The notes beneath the pieces were generated by a model, which worked only from the letters and a program-made list of their open reading frames with translations, had not been told where the DNA came from and made no database searches. A DNA stretch of 40,000 bases, taken from contig JAVKIJ010000001.1 of assembly GCA_031459535.1 (NCBI GenBank), positions 52,510 to 92,509 on the forward strand, written 5' to 3'. This stretch comes from Candidatus Fervidifonticultor quintus. GTDB taxonomy: Bacteria > Sysuimicrobiota > Sysuimicrobiia > Sysuimicrobiales > Humicultoraceae. Position 1 is the first letter of the stretch; every line of letters starts with the position of its first letter. This document shows, in pieces, positions 34,790-40,000 of this stretch. The position numbers and the translations under genes are program-made.

Positions 34790-35827
34790 ATGGAGCTCAC
34801 TATTGTCGGTGCGGGTGCCGTCGGTGGCGTGATCGGTGCGCACCTGGCCAGGGCCGGCCACCGCGTCCAGCTCATCGACCGAAACCGCGACCACGTGGAG
34901 GCGATCCAGCGTCATGGCCTACACGTGGGCGGCGTCGTCGACTTCACGGTGCACGTACCGGCGTGCCTGCCCGATGAGGCCGCCGGTCCGATCCACACCA
35001 TCATTCTGGCGGTGAAGACCCTCCACACGCGCGAGGCGCTGGCGCCGCTGGTACCCGCCCTGTCCCCGGATGGGTGTGTGGTCTCCATGCAGAACGGCCT
35101 GGAAGAGCCCAAGGTTGCTGCGCTGGTCGGCTGGCCGCGCACAGTGGGGGCGTTCCTCACCTTCGGTGCCTACTACGAAGGGCCGGGCCGCCTGGTCTAC
35201 AGCGGTCCGGCATCGCTGCGGGTCGGCGAGCCCGACGGTCGCATCACCCCCCGCGTCCTGGCCCTCGCTGGGGTCCTCTCAGACTTTCACCCCACGGAGC
35301 CGACGGACAACATCTGGGGATTCCTGTGGGGGAAGCTGATCCTGGGCACGATCTACTTCGCCACGGCCACCGTCGACGCCGATGTGACGGAGATCCTCGC
35401 CCGCGATGAAAACCGGCGCGTCCTGGCCGAGCTCGCCACCGAGGCGTGTCAGGTCGCCGATGCCCTGGGGGTCCGCGTCGAGTCCGTGGATGGCTTCAAT
35501 CCTCATGCCGTTCGGACCGATGCGATGGCCAGTCCGACCGCGGCCGACGCCGCCTGGGCGGCGCAGGTGGCCTACTGGCAGCGGGGCACAGCGCGGCGGG
35601 CCGGCGTCTGGCGCGATCTGGCGATCCATCACCGGAAGACCGAGGCGGAGCCGATCCTGGGAGCGCTGATCGAGGCCGCCCTGCGGGCCGGCCGGCCGGT
35701 GCCCCGCGTGCGGGCGCTCCTGCGGATCATCGGCGAACTGGAAGGAGGGCGCCGGCGGATGGGGTGGGCCAATCTCTGGGAGATCGCGCGGGCTGGCCCC
35801 GGCTCGTCAACCCGGTTGCCGGGCTAG
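34790..35827 (+). CDS. 2-dehydropantoate 2-reductase family (PanE/ApbA-like)
   Basis: N-terminus MELTIVGAGAVGGVIGAHLARAGH (Rossmann fold) and the central motif SMQNGL. The ATG at 34790 lies 7 nt after GAGGTG. Confidence 0.85.
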   Translation: MELTIVGAGAVGGVIGAHLARAGHRVQLIDRNRDHVEAIQRHGLHVGGVVDFTVHVPACLPDEAAGPIHTIILAVKTLHTREALAPLVPALSPDGCVVSMQNGLEEPKVAALVGWPRTVGAFLTFGAYYEGPGRLVYSGPASLRVGEPDGRITPRVLALAGVLSDFHPTEPTDNIWGFLWGKLILGTIYFATATVDADVTEILARDENRRVLAELATEACQVADALGVRVESVDGFNPHAVRTDAMASPTAADAAWAAQVAYWQRGTARRAGVWRDLAIHHRKTEAEPILGALIEAALRAGRPVPRVRALLRIIGELEGGRRRMGWANLWEIARAGPGSSTRLPG

Positions 35828-36621
35828 ACCCGGGTGCCGAGGCCGCTGGCTGCGGCCATGTGCGTGCGGCCGCAGTGCGCCCCGCCCGTGACATAGAGGA
35901 TCTCGCCGTGGACGTAACTGGCGCGCTCCGACGCCAGAAAGAGCACGGCGCTAGCGACCTCGTTCGGGCTGCCGGTCCGTGCCAGGGGAATGGCCGCGAG
36001 CATGTCGCGGACATACGGGTGGGGCGCTTCGTCGCCCTGGCGCAGGACGCCGTCGAGGAACAGACCCGGTGCCACGGCGTTGACGCGGATCCCATACGGC
36101 CCCAGTTCAATGGCCAGCACGTGGGTGAGCATGTTCACGGCTGCCTTCGATCCGCAGTAGTGGGCTGCGCCGGCCCGGGCGGAGGTCGCCGCTGCCGACG
36201 AGATGTTGACGATGGCGCCCCGGGCCCGGCGGGCGATCATCTGGCGGGCGACCGTTCGGCAGGTCAGCATCGTTCCCTTGACGTTCACGTCGAAGACCTG
36301 ATCCCACTCTTCTTCGTCCATGTCCACCACGAAGCGCGTTGGGACATACCCGGCAAAGTTCACGAGGACGTCCACGGGGCCAAGCAGGCGGCTCCCTTCG
36401 CTGACGACCCGCTCGATGTCGGTCGCCGATCGCACGTCGGCTGGAATCGCGGCAACCGGCGCCCCCGCGTCCCGGGCCGCGGCGGCTGTTTCGGCGAGCG
36501 GGGCTTCGGCCAGGTCGGTGAGCAGCAGACATGCTCCTGCGCGGGCAAAGGCCAGCGCGCACGGCGTGCCCAGGCGGCCCGCCGCGCCGGTGATCATGAC
36601 CACGCAGTTCTCAAACTCCAC
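35824..36621 (-). CDS. SDR-family short-chain oxidoreductase
   Basis: ITGAAGRLG cofactor motif and catalytic YCGSKAA (YxxxK). The GTG at 36621 lies 5 nt after GAGGAGG. Its stop overlaps the convergent PanE-like stop. Confidence 0.9.
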   Translation of the reverse strand: MEFENCVVMITGAAGRLGTPCALAFARAGACLLLTDLAEAPLAETAAAARDAGAPVAAIPADVRSATDIERVVSEGSRLLGPVDVLVNFAGYVPTRFVVDMDEEEWDQVFDVNVKGTMLTCRTVARQMIARRARGAIVNISSAAATSARAGAAHYCGSKAAVNMLTHVLAIELGPYGIRVNAVAPGLFLDGVLRQGDEAPHPYVRDMLAAIPLARTGSPNEVASAVLFLASERASYVHGEILYVTGGAHCGRTHMAAASGLGTRV

Positions 36622-36639
36622 AAGGTCCTCCTCAGGCTG

Positions 36640-36660
36640 GGGCCGCACGGTGTGCGGCCC
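36640..36660 (-). terminator. Hairpin between the ABC permease gene and the SDR gene
   Basis: GGGCCGCAC-GGT-GTGCGGCCC forms a 9-bp perfect stem with no U-tract. It could terminate or attenuate transcription. Confidence 0.35.
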
Positions 36661-36673
36661 GACGTGATGCTGG

Positions 36674-37528
36674 CTACCGCGGCAACATCCGACGCAGATC
36701 GACCCCGCGGGAGAGTGCGAACGCCAAGGCCAGCAGCATCCCTGCAAACCCGATCAGCAGCGTCGAGAGTGCGGCGATGGTCGGGTCCTGCCACTTCTCC
36801 ATGTAGAGGAACATCTCGATCGGCAGGGTGTTGTTCTCGCCCCGGGTGAGGAAGATCGAGCTCTCCACCTGATCAAAAGAGACGATGAAGGCGAACAGGG
36901 CGCTGATGACCAGGCCCGAACGGATCTGCGGCAGGACGATGCGCCACAGCACCGTGACGGCCGACGCGCCCAGGTCTTGAGCCACTTCCTCCAGTGAGAC
37001 GTCAAGCCCGACCAGGTTGGCGGCCAGAATGTTGATGACGAAGGGCAGCACCACGATGGTGTGGGCCAGGGTGATGGGCACAATCCCGCCCTGCATGCCC
37101 AGGCGGGCGAAGAAGATGAACCACCCCACGCCCAGCACGATCTTGGGCATGACGATCGGCGACAGGAGGAAGCCGCGGAGCGGCTCTTTGCCCGGGAATC
37201 TGGCGCGCACCAGAGCCAGGGCGCACAGCAGGCCCGAGACCAGGGCCAGCGTCGTGGCCAGCAGGCCGATGACCACACTGCGCAGGAACGCCGCTCGAAA
37301 CGCCCCCTGCTGGAGCAGGTGGCTGTACCAGCGCAGCGACAGCCCCGGCGGCGGGAAGACGCCGTAGGCGACGCTGCTGAACGAGTAGATGACCACGATG
37401 GCGAGCGGCAGCAGAATGAACCCCACGCCCACGGCCAGGGTGGCACGCAGCAGGGCCGTGCGGATGGTTTCGGCCCGGGCTTCTTGCGCCTCGATGCGAG
37501 CCTCCCCCATGGCTGCCCCGGCGTTCAT
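36674..37528 (-). CDS. ABC transporter permease (PotC-like)
   Basis: 284 aa with 6 TM segments and the EAA-type loop LEEVAQDLGASAVTVLWRIVLP. Its ATG overlaps the upstream stop (ATGA). Confidence 0.9.
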   Translation of the reverse strand: MNAGAAMGEARIEAQEARAETIRTALLRATLAVGVGFILLPLAIVVIYSFSSVAYGVFPPPGLSLRWYSHLLQQGAFRAAFLRSVVIGLLATTLALVSGLLCALALVRARFPGKEPLRGFLLSPIVMPKIVLGVGWFIFFARLGMQGGIVPITLAHTIVVLPFVINILAANLVGLDVSLEEVAQDLGASAVTVLWRIVLPQIRSGLVISALFAFIVSFDQVESSIFLTRGENNTLPIEMFLYMEKWQDPTIAALSTLLIGFAGMLLALAFALSRGVDLRRMLPR

Positions 37529-38385
37529 CGGGACGCCTCGATGCTGGGGAGCCTGCGCAAGAGGGCGTTCAGGGCCCAGACTGCCGCGACCGACATCAGC
37601 AGCAGCGCGAGGCCCGTGACGGCGCCGCTCGGCCAGTTGATTTCCACCGTGTTGTTGTAGACTGCAAGCGGCATCACCTGGACCCGGCCCCCTCCCAGTA
37701 GCCGCGGCGTGACAAAGGCGGAGAGGGCCAGGGTGAAACAGATCAGCGCGCCCGCGACGACACCCGGCATGGTGAGGGGCAGGGTGATGTGCCGGAAGGT
37801 CTCCCACCAGCCTGCGCCCAGATCCCGGGCGGCTTCTTTCAGCGAGATTTCCAGCCTCCCCATGACACTGTAGATGGGGAAGATGGCGAACGGCAGCAGA
37901 ATGTGCGTCAGGCTGATCACGACCCCCGTGGCGTTGAAGAGCAGGCTGAGCGGCTGGCCGATGACGCCCGTCCGCAGCAGGACCGTGTTGACCAGCCCCT
38001 GCCCGGCCAGCAGGATGAACCACCCGTAGGTGCGGACTACGACGCTCACGACCAGGGGCGAGAAGATCAGCAGGGACACCACCGCGCGAGCCGCAGGGCT
38101 GGAGACGCGGGTGTGCAGGGCATAAGCGATCGGATAGCCGATCAACAGCGCCAGGCCGGTGACGATGGACGACAGGCGGATCGACTCACCGATGATCTTG
38201 TAGGAGAACGGGTCCGTAAAGTACTCGACGTAGGTCCTCAGCGTCCAGACGGGCAGGATCCGGCCATCCTTGAACAGGTGGAAGCTGTTGATGAGGTAAC
38301 TGCCGAGCGGGATGACATAGAGGAGCACCATCAGCACCACCGCGGGTGCCAGCAGCCCCAGGGCGACGGGGCCGCGAATCCTCAT
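37525..38385 (-). CDS. ABC transporter permease (PotB-like)
   Basis: 286 aa with the EAA loop LKEAARDLGAGWWETFRHITLP. Its ATG overlaps the upstream stop (ATGA). Confidence 0.9.
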   Translation of the reverse strand: MRIRGPVALGLLAPAVVLMVLLYVIPLGSYLINSFHLFKDGRILPVWTLRTYVEYFTDPFSYKIIGESIRLSSIVTGLALLIGYPIAYALHTRVSSPAARAVVSLLIFSPLVVSVVVRTYGWFILLAGQGLVNTVLLRTGVIGQPLSLLFNATGVVISLTHILLPFAIFPIYSVMGRLEISLKEAARDLGAGWWETFRHITLPLTMPGVVAGALICFTLALSAFVTPRLLGGGRVQVMPLAVYNNTVEINWPSGAVTGLALLLMSVAAVWALNALLRRLPSIEASR

Positions 38386-39512
38386 TCGTTGGGTACCGCC
38401 ACGGCCTGCCTGGGATCCCAGTGGGCGGCGACGACCTGATCGATATCGTAGAGGGGGGTGTCGCTCGCATAGGGCACGGTCGCATGGAGGCGTAGCCCAT
38501 CGGCCAGCAGTCGGTACTTGACCACGTGGCCGGAGAAGGCTCGCTCTTCGATGCGGGCGAGCACGGCGCCGGGGGCGCCCGGCGCCGTCTCCAGGCGCAC
38601 CCGCTCCGGGCGCACACAGACGGTGAGCGACTGCCCGACCCGCTCCCACCCCTGGCGTCTGGCTCGCACCAACCGCTGGCCGGCCCGGACGGTGATGGTA
38701 GCCCCCTCATCGAGGCTCTCCACGGTGCCGTCGATGAGGTTCGCGTCCCCGATGAAGTTGGCGACGAAGCGGGTGGTGGGACGCTCGTAGATCTCCATGG
38801 GCGATCCCACCTGGTAGAGGCGGCCGCCGTCCATGACACCGATCCGGTCGCTCATCGCCAGCGCTTCACCCTGGTCGTGGGTCACGTAGATGAACGTGGT
38901 CCCGAGCTCACGTTGGAGGCGCTTCAGTTCCTCCTGCATCTGCAGCCGCAGCTTCAAGTCCAGTGAGGAGAGCGGCTCGTCGAGGAGCAGGACCCGGGGC
39001 CGGTTGACCAGGGCCCTGGCCAGGGCGACCCGCTGCTGCTGGCCGCCCGAGAGTTCCGCGATTCGACGGCTCGCCAGGCCCGGCATCTGCACCAGGTCCA
39101 GCGCCTCACCGACGCGATGCCTGATCAAGGCCTCGGGCATCCTCTTCATGCGTAGCCCGAAGGCCACGTTGTCGAAGACCGTATAGTGCGGGAACAGGGC
39201 CAGCCGCTGGAAGACCATGTTGGTCGCCCGGCGGTTCGGCGGGGTGCGCCCCATCACCTGACCGTCGATGCGGACCTCGCCCTCGTCCACGTGCTCGAAG
39301 CCACCGATGATCCGCAGCGTCGTGGTCTTCCCGCATCCAGACGGCCCGAGCAGCGAGAAGAACTCCCCCGCCTGCACCGCAAAGGAGACCGACCGGACGG
39401 CCGTCACCGGTCCGAACCGCTTGGTGATCTCCCGGACCTCGACGCCGGCGCCGTGGGCGCCGGGTGTGTCCGCGCAGACCGCTACAGCCGCGACTTGACT
39501 TCCTTCTCCCAC
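38382..39512 (-). CDS. ABC transporter ATP-binding protein (PotA/CysA-type with C-terminal TOBE-like domain)
   Basis: Walker A GPSGCGKTT, signature LSGGQQQRVALAR and Walker B LLLDEP. The start is uncertain (GTG 39512 or 39524) and overlaps the 3' end of the binding-protein gene. Confidence 0.88.
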   Translation of the reverse strand: MGEGSQVAAVAVCADTPGAHGAGVEVREITKRFGPVTAVRSVSFAVQAGEFFSLLGPSGCGKTTTLRIIGGFEHVDEGEVRIDGQVMGRTPPNRRATNMVFQRLALFPHYTVFDNVAFGLRMKRMPEALIRHRVGEALDLVQMPGLASRRIAELSGGQQQRVALARALVNRPRVLLLDEPLSSLDLKLRLQMQEELKRLQRELGTTFIYVTHDQGEALAMSDRIGVMDGGRLYQVGSPMEIYERPTTRFVANFIGDANLIDGTVESLDEGATITVRAGQRLVRARRQGWERVGQSLTVCVRPERVRLETAPGAPGAVLARIEERAFSGHVVKYRLLADGLRLHATVPYASDTPLYDIDQVVAAHWDPRQAVAVPNE

Positions 39513-40000
39513 CGCACACGCCACTCGCTGGCCTTCTGGCCCATGGTTGCCCAGTCCAGCCAGATCGCCGAGTCGAGCAGTCGGGGATTCAGGATGTTCC
39601 TCACCGTTTCCGACACCTCGGCCTCGGGCAGCGACGGGATGCCGAAGGTCAGGCGCGCGTACCGCGCGTTGTTCTCGGGCAGCAGCAGTTCGTTGACAAT
39701 CTCCTCGGCCACCCTGATCTGCTCCGGGGTGCTTCCCTTGACGATCTGCAGGTAGATCGGAAACGCCACGACCCCTTCCTTGGGGACAGAGAAGCCCAGT
39801 GGCGCGCCGTCCATCTCCCAGTACTTCCAGATGCTGGTGAACCAGGGGGCAACCCACGCCTCGCCCGTGACCAGCAGCTGCAGCAACTGGTCGTTGCTGT
39901 TGGCCAGCGCCCGGATGTTCTTGGCGTTCTCGGTCCAGACCTTGAAGCCTGGATCGATGTTTGTCTCGCTGCCGTTGTGGAAGCGCGCGGCCAGGACCAG
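39482..40000 (-). CDS. ABC transporter periplasmic substrate-binding protein, C-terminal part (5' end outside window)
   Basis: The frame stays open to the window edge (…NIRALANSNDQLLQLLVTGEAWVAPWF…). It sits first in the operon, ahead of the ATPase and two permeases. Confidence 0.78.
   Translation of the reverse strand: MVLAARFHNGSETNIDPGFKVWTENAKNIRALANSNDQLLQLLVTGEAWVAPWFTSIWKYWEMDGAPLGFSVPKEGVVAFPIYLQIVKGSTPEQIRVAEEIVNELLLPENNARYARLTFGIPSLPEAEVSETVRNILNPRLLDSAIWLDWATMGQKASEWRVRWEKEVKSRL

Noticed and set aside
35824-35827. A 4-nt overlap of the convergent stop codons of the PanE-like and SDR genes.
   Set aside because: This is common in compact genomes. No structure or additional signal is associated with it.
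1-40000. CRISPR arrays, rRNA genes and large tandem repeats.
   Set aside because: No regularly spaced direct repeats and no rRNA-like segments were seen on reading the window. Only short hairpins and one tRNA were found.

Overview
Gene-dense, high-GC bacterial chromosome segment with no rRNA genes and no CRISPR array. All family names below come from reading motifs in the supplied translations, not from database searches. Motif coordinates may be off by 1-2 nt.

(1) 1-16440, + strand. This is an unbroken co-directional block: the end of the nuo operon (nuoL fragment, nuoM, nuoN); a complete Thermus-type V/A-ATPase operon (G/H-like, I, K, E, C, F, A, B, D); DUF881 plus an Sbp-like small basic protein, which are Firmicute division-cluster genes; then gap-pgk-tpiA.

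(2) 16452-20624, - strand. An 8-gene cst-like sulfide/persulfide cluster: a two-CxxC protein disulfide oxidoreductase, a CsoR/CstR-type repressor, a CstB-like MBL-rhodanese fusion, DUF302, an FmdB zinc ribbon, a membrane rhodanese and Hsp20. A TACCC-N4-GGGTA operator abuts the -10 box of a near-consensus promoter.

(3) 20726-23349. secG, a small hypothetical secreted protein, tRNA-Leu(GAG) with a consensus promoter, a cation/H+ antiporter and a universal stress protein (USP).

(4) 23462-28750, - strand. This is the best candidate for an undescribed system. It is a six-gene, translationally coupled operon encoding two paralogous RHH-like/coiled-coil proteins, an internally duplicated CxxC...CxxH protein (DUF6062-like), a small TPR protein, and two adjacent MutS-family ATPases. 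The ATPases lack the mismatch-binding and Smr domains and have asymmetric catalytic motifs. An inverted repeat spans the operon's putative promoter.

(5) 28853-30105. A frameshifted DDE transposase.

(6) 30143-40000. A tungsten-type aldehyde:ferredoxin oxidoreductase with a MoaD-like GG protein, an MFS transporter with a ThrC-like enzyme, a PanE-like reductase, an SDR, and a PotABCD-type ABC transporter whose binding-protein gene runs off the window.

The sbp/DUF881 pair together with a Thermus-like V-ATPase suggests a high-GC Firmicutes-like thermophile. That is inference only.
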